Positions 49,490 through 58,573 of a DNA stretch of 64,000 nucleotides are shown piece after piece. The notes under the pieces were generated by a model. That model was not told the DNA's origin. It ran no database searches and saw only the letters and a program-made list of their open reading frames with translations. The stretch spans positions 6,778-70,777 of the forward strand of contig DATFFT010000032.1 of assembly GCA_035249905.1 (NCBI GenBank), written 5' to 3'. A program made the translations under genes and the position numbers. Source of the DNA: Actinomycetota bacterium. GTDB taxonomy: Bacteria > Actinomycetota > UBA4738 > HRBIN12. Each line of letters starts with the position of its first letter. Within the stretch, counting starts at the first letter, position 1.

Positions 49490-50230
49490 GTGCGTCCGAA
49501 CGATCCATCGCGCCTGCTCCGTCGGCGGAGCGACGCGATCCGCACGGTCGTGGTCGCGAAGCCGGGTGGTGGGATCCGCACGCTGACCGTTCTGGGTACC
49601 CGTGATCTGCGACGGTACGAGGCCGTCGTCGCCGCCGTCGTGCCGTCGGTGGAGCGAGCCCTGGGGCGGGTGGCGGCGGCCAACCGGGCTCAGGTCGTCG
49701 CGACGGGGCTCCGGCTCGAAGCATGGCCCAGCGCCCGACGTCGGTACCGTCGGGCCGTCGCCTCGGCCGCGGCCGGGCGGTTCCGGGCGGCCTTCGTGGG
49801 TGATGTCCGCGACTGCTACGGCTCGATCACGCTCGCCGAGGTGGCGCGGGCTCTCCACGGGATCGGTGTGCGCGAGGCCCGGGTGGAACCGATCGTCGAG
49901 ACGCTCCGATGGTTCGAGGAGCTCGGCGTGCGTGGACTCCCGGTCGGGCCCGCGCCGTCCGCCGTGCTCGCGAATGCCGTGCTCGCCCCGGTCGATCGGG
50001 CGCTCACGGGCGCCGTCGACGGCCCGGTGCTCCGCTGGGTCGACGACGTCGTGGCGTTCGCGACGGACCGTCAGAGCGCCGGACGGGCAGCGGCCGCGTT
50101 CGAACGGGCGCTCGACGACGTCGGGCTGACCCCGCATCCGGGCAAGTGCATGACGCTGCACGACCCCGAGGCCGTGGGGGCGAGCGCTGGCGGCAGTCAC
50201 TCGGGCCCGCAGGGTTCCGACGTGGCATGA
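49490..50230 (+). CDS. minimal reverse-transcriptase-like protein (fingers and palm only, 246 aa)
   Basis: GTG 49490 after RBS GGGGGAGGG.
- RT motif 1: VVVAKPGGGIRTLTVLGTRDLRRYEAVV.
- Motif 3: FVGDVRDCYGSIT.
- Motif 4: GLPVGPAPSAVLANAVLAPVD.
- Motif 5: VLRWVDDVVAF (WVDD in place of YADD).
- Motif 6: GLTPHPGKCM.
- No motif 7, thumb or any other domain. Confidence 0.6.
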   Translation: MRPNDPSRLLRRRSDAIRTVVVAKPGGGIRTLTVLGTRDLRRYEAVVAAVVPSVERALGRVAAANRAQVVATGLRLEAWPSARRRYRRAVASAAAGRFRAAFVGDVRDCYGSITLAEVARALHGIGVREARVEPIVETLRWFEELGVRGLPVGPAPSAVLANAVLAPVDRALTGAVDGPVLRWVDDVVAFATDRQSAGRAAAAFERALDDVGLTPHPGKCMTLHDPEAVGASAGGSHSGPQGSDVA

Positions 50231-50240
50231 TGCGCCCGCC

Positions 50241-51755
50241 GTGAAGACCCTCTACCGCGCTTCTCGTGTCCGAACCCTGGCCCACCCCGAGACGGGGGAG
50301 TGGCTCCTCACCGACGGCCGTCACGTGCAGCGCATCGGAGCGGGCGATCCACCCACCGCCGATCGCGTCGTCGACCTGCCCGGGACCACGATCGTGCCGG
50401 GGTTCGTCGACGCACATGTGCATCTCACGATGACGGGGCTCTCCCTAGCGAACGACGACGTTGCCTCGGCACGGTCCGCCACCGAGCTCCTCACCCTGGT
50501 TCGTCGGCGGACGACGGTCGAAGGGACGGGCGATGCGGTCTTCATGCTCGGCTATGACGAGTCGCGCTGGGATCGGCCCGAGGTCCCGACGATGGCGCAG
50601 CTCGACGCGGCCTGCGCTCGCCCGCTGATCGTCCGGCGCGTCGACGGGCACGTCGCCCTTGCGAACCGCGCTGCCCTCGATCGCTCCGGTGTGCTCGACC
50701 TGCCGGGCCTGACCCGCGACGAGGCGGGCGAGCCGACGGGAGCCGTGACGGGGCGCGCGAACGAGATGATCGGACGTTGGGCTCTCGCCTCGATCGACGA
50801 CCACGAACGGCAGGACCTGCAGCTGCAGGCGGCTTCCCTAGCGGCGTCGACGGGAATCACGGCGGTGCATGAGATGTCGATGCCCGCAACGGACGGCGAG
50901 CGTGATCTCGAGGTGCTGCTGAACCACCGGCATCGGCTTCCGGTCGACGCGCTGCCGATCGTCGCGACCATGGACCTCGGCGTGGCGATCTCGAACGGCC
51001 TGGCCGCGATCGGGGGAGATCTTCCGGTCGACGGCTCGGTCGGGGCCGGAACGGCTTGGCTGCGCGATCCCTACATCGATGGGACCCGGAGCACCCGGTC
51101 GTTCGCCGACGACGATCTGGCCGAGTTCTTCCACTCGGGCCAGGCCGCGGGGTTGCAGGTCGGGGTTCATGCGATCGGCGACGCGGCGATCGAGCAGGTG
51201 ATCTCGGTGTGGGAACGTGTGTACCAGGCACTCGATTCGCGTGAGCGGCGACACTTCCGGGCGAGGCGGCATCGCATCGAGCACTTCGAACTCCCGTCGA
51301 GCGCGCAGGTGGAACGTGCCGCGATGCTCGGACTCGCCGCGTCGGTGCAGCCGGCGTTCGACGCGACCTGGGGGCACCCGGGGGGCCTGTACGAGCAGCG
51401 GATCGGTCGTGACCGTGCGGCGGCGATGAACCCGTTCCGCTCGATGCTCGACCGAGGTGTCGATCTCGGGATCGGATCGGACGCTCCGATCACTCCGCTG
51501 GACCCGATGGCCGCGATCGAGGCGCTCGAGCGCCATCACGACCCGGCACAGCGTCTGTCGCGCATGGAAGCGATCCGCCTGCACACGATGGGCTCGGCCC
51601 GCATCGGCGGGCAGGAGGCCAAGAAGGGAGCGCTCGCACCGGGCATGCACGCCGACTTCGCCACCTTCGAGGTGGACCCGTTCGAGGAACCTTCGGTCGA
51701 GGGGCTGCGATCGATCCTGACGGTCTCGCTCGGTCGCGATGTCCACATGGCCTGA
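50241..51755 (+). CDS. amidohydrolase-family protein (Amidohydro_3), translationally coupled to the RT-like gene
   Basis: GTG 50241, 10 nt after the RT-like stop. PGFVDAHVHL metal site, C-terminal GKGALAPGMHADFATFEVDPF typical of Amidohydro_3. Confidence 0.8.
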   Translation: MKTLYRASRVRTLAHPETGEWLLTDGRHVQRIGAGDPPTADRVVDLPGTTIVPGFVDAHVHLTMTGLSLANDDVASARSATELLTLVRRRTTVEGTGDAVFMLGYDESRWDRPEVPTMAQLDAACARPLIVRRVDGHVALANRAALDRSGVLDLPGLTRDEAGEPTGAVTGRANEMIGRWALASIDDHERQDLQLQAASLAASTGITAVHEMSMPATDGERDLEVLLNHRHRLPVDALPIVATMDLGVAISNGLAAIGGDLPVDGSVGAGTAWLRDPYIDGTRSTRSFADDDLAEFFHSGQAAGLQVGVHAIGDAAIEQVISVWERVYQALDSRERRHFRARRHRIEHFELPSSAQVERAAMLGLAASVQPAFDATWGHPGGLYEQRIGRDRAAAMNPFRSMLDRGVDLGIGSDAPITPLDPMAAIEALERHHDPAQRLSRMEAIRLHTMGSARIGGQEAKKGALAPGMHADFATFEVDPFEEPSVEGLRSILTVSLGRDVHMA

Positions 51756-52163
51756 GTCCATCGCTCGGATCTCCCCGGGCGCCCCTTGTCATTCTTTCTC
51801 GGCCGGAGCGGTTGACCACCGGGCGCGCGCGGGCGTAGCGTGCGGGCCGCGCCGCCGCCTCGGCGGTGGCGCGAGGGTCCGAGCGGCTGAGTAGAGAACG
51901 CGGCGCTCCGGCGTCGCGGCCCCAAAGGTCGCTCGGGCCTTCCTGCCCTCCCGGCGCCGGTCACACTGCCGGCTCGAGCCGATCCCGCGCGGTGACCGTC
52001 GGGACGGGAATCCGGGCCGCCCCCCGAGCGTTGAGGTTGTTCCACCTCGTTCGTGGCGTTCTTGCCACGGTCAGACCCGATGCGGCCCACATGGTTGCAC
52101 GGCGGGACAGCGGCAGTAGGATACGCGCGCATCGAGGGAGGGCGGACCCTCGGAGGGATGAGA

Positions 52164-52538
52164 ATGAGCGACACCATGAACGAAATCGAGGAACCGGTCA
52201 GCGACGAGACCGAGGCCGATCACGAGGAGATCGACGACGGCGAGGAGCCCAGCGAGGAGGAGCTCGCCGACGCCACCGTGCCACCTGATCCGGCGACCGG
52301 CGGCGACGTCGAGTCGATCCAGGAGCTCCTGGTCAAGCAAGAGGCCGCCGAGGAGGCCGAGGAGGAGGAGGAGCCCGCGATCGCCCTCACGAAGGGCGAG
52401 CGCCTGGTCGCCGATCCCGGGGAGTCCCGCGTGACCCCGATGCAGTCGACCGAGTTCCTGTGTCAACGGTGCTTCCTGGTCAAGCACCGGAGTCAGCTCG
52501 CCGACAAGAAGCGGACGCTGTGCCGCGATTGCGCCTGA
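52164..52538 (+). CDS. DUF4193-family protein
   Basis: RBS GGAGGG before ATG 52164. Acidic N-terminus with Glu-rich stretch, C-terminal TEFLCQRCFLVKHRSQL...TLCRDCA Cys pairs. Confidence 0.7.
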   Translation: MSDTMNEIEEPVSDETEADHEEIDDGEEPSEEELADATVPPDPATGGDVESIQELLVKQEAAEEAEEEEEPAIALTKGERLVADPGESRVTPMQSTEFLCQRCFLVKHRSQLADKKRTLCRDCA

Positions 52539-54811
52539 GGGCGCGTCCCGGTCTTCCGCTCGCATCGGCGATCTCCGCCGCCGCCGGCCTCGCGTTGTCG
52601 GCGGCCTTCCCCCCGATCGGAGCCTGGCCCATCGCGTTCGTGGCGCTGGTGCCGCTGTTGTGGTTGTCGAGGGAACGTCCCGGGCGAGGGTTCGTCCTCG
52701 GTCTCGCGTTCGGGCTCACGTTCCATGGGGCCACCTTGTACTGGATCCTGCGCTTCGGCGAGATGGCGTGGGTATCGCTGACCCTGGTCTCCGCGTTGTG
52801 GGTCGCCGCCTTCGGCGCCCTCCTTCCCGGGCTGCGCCGCCCGGGGAGGCCGGTGGTCACCGTGTTGGCCGTCGCGTCGGCATGGACCGTGCTCGAGTGG
52901 CTGAAGGGCATGTGGCCGCTCGGAGGATTCACCTGGGGCACGCTCGGCATCTCCCAGGTCGACAACGTTGCCACGGCCCGTCTCGGCACCGTCGCGGGGG
53001 TGTGGGGCGTGACGTTCGCGGTGGTGGCGACGAACGCAGCCATCGCGCTCGCTTTCGAGCGTGAGGGTCCGAGCCGCGGAGGTGCCGCGGCCCTCGGGCT
53101 GGCGGCCATCCTGGTCGTCTCGCCCCTCGCCCTGCCGTTCGCGACCGCCCAGGGACAAGCGATCGACGTCGCGGCGATCCAGATCGACGTCCGTGAGGCG
53201 GAAGACGGCACGAGCACGGACGAGGACCTCCGGGTGGCGGAGCTGAACATCGAACAACACCGGCGTCTCGTCGGCGGGCCCGTTCCCGACCTCGTGGTGT
53301 GGGGTGAGGGGGCGCTCGATCCGGGAGCGGTCGACGATCCCGGCGTCAGGGCGACGGTCTCGCAGGTCGTCGCGGCCGTGGGTGCCCCGACGATCATCGG
53401 TGCTGTGGTCGACGACCCCGACGGCAGCCAGCACACGTCGGTGCTGCAGCTCGACGGCTCGGGCAACCAGGTCGGCCGCTACGACAAGACCCACCTCGTG
53501 CCGTTCGGGGAATACGTGCCGTTCCGTTCGCGTCTGGAGTGGGTCGACGCGATCGACCAGGTACCGGTCGACCGTGTCCCGGGGGACGGAGGTCAGCTGC
53601 TCTCGAGCCCGGGGTTGCCGCCGTTCGCGACACCGATCTGTTACGAGAACTCCTTCCCGGCGATCACGAGGTCGCTCGTGTCCGAGGGCGCCGGCTTCGT
53701 GGTGGTGCCGGTGAACAACGCGTCGTACGGGTTCACCGCCGCGAGCGCCCAGCATCTGCAGATGTCGCAGATGCGGGCGATCGAGACCGGTCGGTGGTAC
53801 GTGAACGCGGCGATCTCCGGCATCAGCGCGTTCGTCGATCCGTCGGGACGTGTCGTCGCGTCGGCAGGGCTGTTCGAGCCCGATATCCTTCGGCACACCA
53901 TCCGCATGTCCGAGGAACGCACGTGGTACGTCAGGCTGGGGGACTGGCTCCCCTGGCTGACCCTCTGCGTCGTGGTGCTGGCGTTCGCGATCCCCCGGCG
54001 CCGACGGCCCGATCGGCCGGCTCCCGCCCCGTCGCGGCCCGACGGAGATCGTCGCACGCTGGTGATCCTGCCCACCTACGACGAACGGGCCACGGTCGAG
54101 CAGGTGCTCCGTGGCGTGCGGAAGGCGCCTCAGGACGTCGACGTCGTCGTGATCGACGACTCGTCGCCAGACGCCACCGCGTCGGTCGTTCGCGACGTGA
54201 TGGCGACCGAACCGCACATCCGTCTCGTGGAACGCCCTCGTCGATCAGGTCTGGCCAGCGCGTACCTCGACGGGTTCCGGATCGCGCTCGAGGAGGGATA
54301 CGACCTCGTCGTCGAGATGGACTCGGACCTGTCGCACGACCCATCCGAGCTCCCCATGCTCCTGGAAGCCGCTGGGTCCGCCGACCTCGTCGTCGGGAGC
54401 CGCTACGTGCCAGGTGGATCGGTGACGAATTGGAGTCGCGGCCGTGTCGCCCTGTCGCGGGCCGGGAACACCTATGCGCGCTGGATGCTCGGGATCCCCC
54501 TGCACGACGCGACGAGCGGCTTCCGCGTGTACCGCCGGGCGTTGCTCGAGGATCTGGTCGCCGATCCGATCGCCTCGGAAGGATACGGGTTCCAGATCGA
54601 GCTCGTCCTGCGCTCATGGCAGCTCGGCGCGACGCTCGCCGAGGTGCCGATCACGTTCCGGGAACGCGAACATGGCCAGTCGAAGCTGTCCCGAGGCATG
54701 GTGGTCGAGGCCCTGTGGCTCGTCATGCGCTGGGGGCTCGCCGACCGGTTCGGAGGGGTACCCGCCAGGCCGGCACGGGAAGCCCGCCCCGGCAGCCCGG
54801 ACGCGGAGTAG
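52460..54811 (+). CDS. ppm1: bifunctional apolipoprotein N-acyltransferase / polyprenol-phosphate mannose synthase (Lnt-Ppm1 fusion)
   Basis: N-terminal multi-TM plus CN-hydrolase Lnt domain (residues ~1-500) fused to a C-terminal GT2 Ppm synthase domain (RTLVILPTYDERATV...DDSSPD...DSDLSHDP). Same fusion as M. tuberculosis Ppm1 (Rv2051c). Exact start uncertain: ATG 52460 overlaps the DUF4193 gene end. Confidence 0.85.
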   Translation: MSTVLPGQAPESARRQEADAVPRLRLRARPGLPLASAISAAAGLALSAAFPPIGAWPIAFVALVPLLWLSRERPGRGFVLGLAFGLTFHGATLYWILRFGEMAWVSLTLVSALWVAAFGALLPGLRRPGRPVVTVLAVASAWTVLEWLKGMWPLGGFTWGTLGISQVDNVATARLGTVAGVWGVTFAVVATNAAIALAFEREGPSRGGAAALGLAAILVVSPLALPFATAQGQAIDVAAIQIDVREAEDGTSTDEDLRVAELNIEQHRRLVGGPVPDLVVWGEGALDPGAVDDPGVRATVSQVVAAVGAPTIIGAVVDDPDGSQHTSVLQLDGSGNQVGRYDKTHLVPFGEYVPFRSRLEWVDAIDQVPVDRVPGDGGQLLSSPGLPPFATPICYENSFPAITRSLVSEGAGFVVVPVNNASYGFTAASAQHLQMSQMRAIETGRWYVNAAISGISAFVDPSGRVVASAGLFEPDILRHTIRMSEERTWYVRLGDWLPWLTLCVVVLAFAIPRRRRPDRPAPAPSRPDGDRRTLVILPTYDERATVEQVLRGVRKAPQDVDVVVIDDSSPDATASVVRDVMATEPHIRLVERPRRSGLASAYLDGFRIALEEGYDLVVEMDSDLSHDPSELPMLLEAAGSADLVVGSRYVPGGSVTNWSRGRVALSRAGNTYARWMLGIPLHDATSGFRVYRRALLEDLVADPIASEGYGFQIELVLRSWQLGATLAEVPITFREREHGQSKLSRGMVVEALWLVMRWGLADRFGGVPARPAREARPGSPDAE

Positions 54812-54992
54812 CGCGGGAGGTCGGCGGCGCTAGGCGATGCGCGGTGCGACGTGGCACGATTCGAGCGCGACCAGCAGACCTGCCACGACGCAGCACCTGA
54901 GCGAGCTCGCTCGGCTGCGCCGGGTTCGCAACCGGATCACGCGCTCCGGGACCAGAGTTCACCGTCACCCGTCTTCACAGGGAGGGATCGAG

Positions 54993-55463
54993 ATGGCCGA
55001 GAAGAAGACCCCGAGGAAGAGCACCCGCACATCCGCCAAGCGCACGGCGACATCGTCGACGGGATTCACGGCGGAGGAACGCGCCGCGATGAAGGAGCGC
55101 GCCCGGGAGCTGAAGGCAGCGGCATCCAGGGCGGACGGGGAGAAGGCGCTGCTGGCGAAGATCGGCGAGATGACGGGGAAGGATCGCGCCATGGCCGAGC
55201 GGATCCACGCCATCGTCACAGCCGCCGCGCCGGAGCTCTCGCCGAAGACCTGGTACGGGATGCCCGCGTACGCCAAGGACGGCAAGATCATCTGCTTCTT
55301 CCAGAGTGCGGAGAAGTTCGACGCGCGGTACGCGACGTTCGGCTTCAGCGACGATGCGAAGCTCGACCAAGGCGCCATGTGGCCGACGTCCTGGGCGCTC
55401 GGGGATCTGACCGCCGCCGAGGAGAAGAAGATCACGCAGCTCGTGAAGAAGGCGGTGCGCTGA
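54993..55463 (+). CDS. DUF1801-domain protein (YdhG-like)
   Basis: RBS GGGAGGGA before ATG 54993. 156 aa, basic Lys/Thr-rich N-terminal tail. Confidence 0.55.
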   Translation: MAEKKTPRKSTRTSAKRTATSSTGFTAEERAAMKERARELKAAASRADGEKALLAKIGEMTGKDRAMAERIHAIVTAAAPELSPKTWYGMPAYAKDGKIICFFQSAEKFDARYATFGFSDDAKLDQGAMWPTSWALGDLTAAEEKKITQLVKKAVR

Positions 55464-55516
55464 GGGCTCTCTCGAGCTTCGTGCGACTCGGTCCCCGATA
55501 ATGTTCATTATGACAC

Positions 55517-55752
55517 TTAGCGGGAGGCGCGTTCCAGACCCGTCTTCGATCGCTCGTTCCCCCGCTTGAAGTTGCCCGTCGCCCGGGCCAGGAGGCGTTG
55601 AACCTGCTCAGGGTCCGCCGCGGTCAGGGCCGCCGCCAGACGCGACGCCTTCGAGCCCGAAACGGTCACGACGACCTTCGAGCGCCACGTGATACGGATG
55701 CGGCCGTCCTTCGTGATCGCGTAGCCGAACGGCTCGGCCTCGAGCCCGCCCA
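55517..55752 (-). CDS. small hypothetical protein (78 aa)
   Basis: GTG 55752, 7 nt after the gcvPB stop. About 90% G/C at third positions. No family assigned. Confidence 0.35.
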
Positions 55753-55758
55753 CGTCGC

Positions 55759-57258
55759 TCAGTCCCGAGTGTCGCCGTCGGAGCCCCACCGCAGCTTGAG
55801 GTGCCGGGCGGCCCTGGCCTCGTCGAGGCGGCGCACGGGGGTCGTGGTCGGGGCCCGGTGCAGGAGATCGGGGTCGGTACGCGCTTCCCCGGCGGCGCGC
55901 AGGAAGGCGTCGGCCAGGCCATCGAGGGTCTGCTTGGACTCGGTTTCGGTGGGCTCCACCATCATCGCCTCGTCGACCACGAGCGGGAAGTACACCGTCG
56001 AGGGGTGATACCCCAGGTCGATCAGGCGCTTGGCCACGTCCATCGCCCGGATCCCGGTCTCCTTCTCGAGTGGCTCGGCCGTGGCCACGAACTCGTGCAT
56101 CGGGGGCGTGGCGGGGTACGCGAGCGGGAAGGCCGGCGCGATGCGCGCCGCCAGGTAGTTGGCGTTGAGCGCCGCGAGCTCGCTGACCTCGGCCAGCCCG
56201 TCGCCGCCGTGGCCGAACACGTAGGCGTACGCGCGCACCAGCACGCCAACGTTGCCGTTGTACCCGTGGAGCCGGCCGACCGATCGCGGCCGGTCGCGGT
56301 CCCACCGGAACGTGCCGTCCGGATCGCGCACGACGACCGGTGCCGGGAGGTAGTCGACCAGATGTCCCGCGACCCCCACGGGGCCGGCACCGGGCCCTCC
56401 CCCGCCGTGGGGCGTGGCGAAGGTCTTGTGCGTATTGATGTGCACGATGTCGAAGCCCATGTCGCCCGGCCGCGCCTTCCCCATGATCGCGTTGAGGTTG
56501 GCGCCGTCGTAGTACACGAGGGCGCCGACCGCGTGCAGCAGGTCGGTGATCTCCTCGATGCGTTCCTCGAAGAGGCCGAGCGTGTTCGGGTTGGTGAGCA
56601 TCAGCCCCGCTACTCCCTCGTCCGCGATCTCGCGGAGCGCTCCGACGTCGACCAACCCCCGCTCGTCGGAGGGCACGTTGACCGGGTCGAAGCCCGCGAT
56701 ACGGACGCTGGCGGGATTCGTGCCGTGCGCGGCGTCGGGGATCAGCACCTTCATGCGGCGCTCCCCCCGGTCCTCGTGGAAGGCCCGCATGATGAGCAGG
56801 CCGGTCATCTCCCCGCAGGCGCCCGCAGGAGGCTGCAGCGTGGCCCGCTCCATCCCCGTGATCTCGCAGAGCGCTCCCTCGAGCCGGAACAGCATCTCGA
56901 GGGTTCCCTGCACCGTGTGATCCGGCTGCAGCGGGTGCGTTCGCTGGAACCCGGGGAACGCCGCGACGGTCTCGGCGACCTTCGGGTTGTACTTCATCGT
57001 GCACGAGCCGAGCGGGTAGGCGCCGGTGTCGACCCCGTAGTTCCGCTGCGACAGCGCCGTGTAGTGGCGCACGATGTCGGTCTCCGCCACGCGAGGGAGC
57101 TCGGCCAGCCCCGCCCTGGCGTGCATCTCGGGGATCGAGGCCTCCGGCACGTCGAGGGGCGCGAACGACGATGCCCGTCGCCCCTCCGAGGAACGCTCGG
57201 CGATCGTGCCCGTGGTCGCGGCCGGGCCTTGGGTGCGGACGGGGGCGCCCTCCATCAT
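55759..57258 (-). CDS. gcvPB: glycine dehydrogenase (decarboxylating) subunit 2
   Basis: Start at the internal ATGATG at 57258, overlapping the gcvPA stop. PLP-lysine region NTHKTFATPHGGGGPG. ~499 aa. The upstream 104 aa of the ORF-track version is Arg-rich junk. Confidence 0.9.
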   Translation of the reverse strand: MMEGAPVRTQGPAATTGTIAERSSEGRRASSFAPLDVPEASIPEMHARAGLAELPRVAETDIVRHYTALSQRNYGVDTGAYPLGSCTMKYNPKVAETVAAFPGFQRTHPLQPDHTVQGTLEMLFRLEGALCEITGMERATLQPPAGACGEMTGLLIMRAFHEDRGERRMKVLIPDAAHGTNPASVRIAGFDPVNVPSDERGLVDVGALREIADEGVAGLMLTNPNTLGLFEERIEEITDLLHAVGALVYYDGANLNAIMGKARPGDMGFDIVHINTHKTFATPHGGGGPGAGPVGVAGHLVDYLPAPVVVRDPDGTFRWDRDRPRSVGRLHGYNGNVGVLVRAYAYVFGHGGDGLAEVSELAALNANYLAARIAPAFPLAYPATPPMHEFVATAEPLEKETGIRAMDVAKRLIDLGYHPSTVYFPLVVDEAMMVEPTETESKQTLDGLADAFLRAAGEARTDPDLLHRAPTTTPVRRLDEARAARHLKLRWGSDGDTRD

Positions 57259-58562
57259 GCCGCGAGCACCTCCCCCATCGCCGAGACGAAGGCGTCGATC
57301 TCCGACCGGGAGCGCCGCTCGGTCACGGCCACCACGAGCAGATCGGCGCCGGCCCGCGGGACCGCCACGCCGGCCAGGAAGCCACGTTCGACCATGGCGT
57401 CGATCACGTGGGACACGGGGAGCGGCAGCCGAAGCGCGAACTCCTTGAAGCAGGGTGCGTCGGGGAACCCGAGACGGACGCCCGGCAGCGAGGCCAGCGC
57501 CTCGGCCGCGTATGCGGCCTTCGAGACGCACTGGCGACCGATCTCGGCGAGCCCTTCCGGTCCGAGCCACGAGAGGTACACGGCCGCGGCGAGCGCCATG
57601 AGGGTCTGGTTCGTGCAGATGTTGGAGGTCGCCTTGTCGCGACGGATGTGCTGCTCGCGCGCCTGCAACGTGAGGACGTAGCCCGTGCGACCCTGAACGT
57701 CGACCGTCGCCCCCACGATGCGGCCCGGCAGCTTGCGGACGTCGGCCGTCCGCGCGGCGATGATGCCCAGGTACGGGCCGCCGTAGTTCAGGTGATTCCC
57801 GAGGCTCTGGCCCTCGGCCACGGCGATGTCGGCGCCCAGCTCGCCGGGGGGGGCGAGCATGCCCAGCGAGAGCGGATCGAAGACCTGGATCGCCTTCGCT
57901 CCCCCGGCATGCGCCGCGTCGAACCGCTCCCTGACGGGCTCGAGCACCCCGTAGACGTTCGGATGCTGCACGACGACGGCCGCCACGTCGTCGGTCACGT
58001 GAGGATCGCCCTCGTACGTCTCGGGGTCGTAGCCCGCTCCCCTGCCCGCCGTCCGCAACGCGTCCACCGCTCGCGGATCGACGCCGGCGGCGACCAGCAC
58101 CCTCGACCGTCCGCGGCCGATCGACATGTGCACCGCCTCGACGAGAGCGGTCGCGCCGTCGTAGAGCGATGCGTTCGAGACATCGAGGCCCGTGAGCTCG
58201 CAGATCATCGACTGGTATTCGAAGAGGGCCTGGAGGACCCCTTGTGAAAGCTCCGGCTGGTAGGGCGTGTACGACGTGTAGAACTCGCTGCGTCCTGCGA
58301 GCGCCCAGACCACCGAGGGCACGTAGTGGTCGTAGGCTCCGCCGCCGGCGAAGCAGATCAGATCGTCCGCGCTCCTGTTCCGCCCTGCCAGGCTGCGCAG
58401 ATCGGCCGTCAGCTCCATCTCGCTCACGCCGTCGGGGACCGCGAGGGCACGATCGAGCCGGACCGAGGCGGGGATCTGCTCGAAGAGCTCGTCGAGGGAG
58501 GCGCGCCCGGCCACCGCGAGCATCTCGCGGACCTCGTCGTCGGTGTGGGGGCTGAACCGCAC
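57255..58562 (-). CDS. gcvPA: glycine dehydrogenase (decarboxylating) subunit 1
   Basis: 435 aa. YTSYTPYQPELSQG motif typical of the P-protein N-terminal half. Confidence 0.9.
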   Translation of the reverse strand: MRFSPHTDDEVREMLAVAGRASLDELFEQIPASVRLDRALAVPDGVSEMELTADLRSLAGRNRSADDLICFAGGGAYDHYVPSVVWALAGRSEFYTSYTPYQPELSQGVLQALFEYQSMICELTGLDVSNASLYDGATALVEAVHMSIGRGRSRVLVAAGVDPRAVDALRTAGRGAGYDPETYEGDPHVTDDVAAVVVQHPNVYGVLEPVRERFDAAHAGGAKAIQVFDPLSLGMLAPPGELGADIAVAEGQSLGNHLNYGGPYLGIIAARTADVRKLPGRIVGATVDVQGRTGYVLTLQAREQHIRRDKATSNICTNQTLMALAAAVYLSWLGPEGLAEIGRQCVSKAAYAAEALASLPGVRLGFPDAPCFKEFALRLPLPVSHVIDAMVERGFLAGVAVPRAGADLLVVAVTERRSRSEIDAFVSAMGEVLAA

Positions 58563-58573
58563 GTCGGCTCAGT

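Noticed and set aside
57258-57570. 104-aa N-terminal extension of the gcvPB ORF
   Set aside because: Arg-rich junk overlapping the gcvPA 3' end. The internal ATGATG at 57258 gives a canonical GcvPB length and an ATGA overlap with gcvPA.
55801-57681. 626-aa plus-strand ORF
   Set aside because: Antisense to gcvPA/gcvPB. GC artefact.
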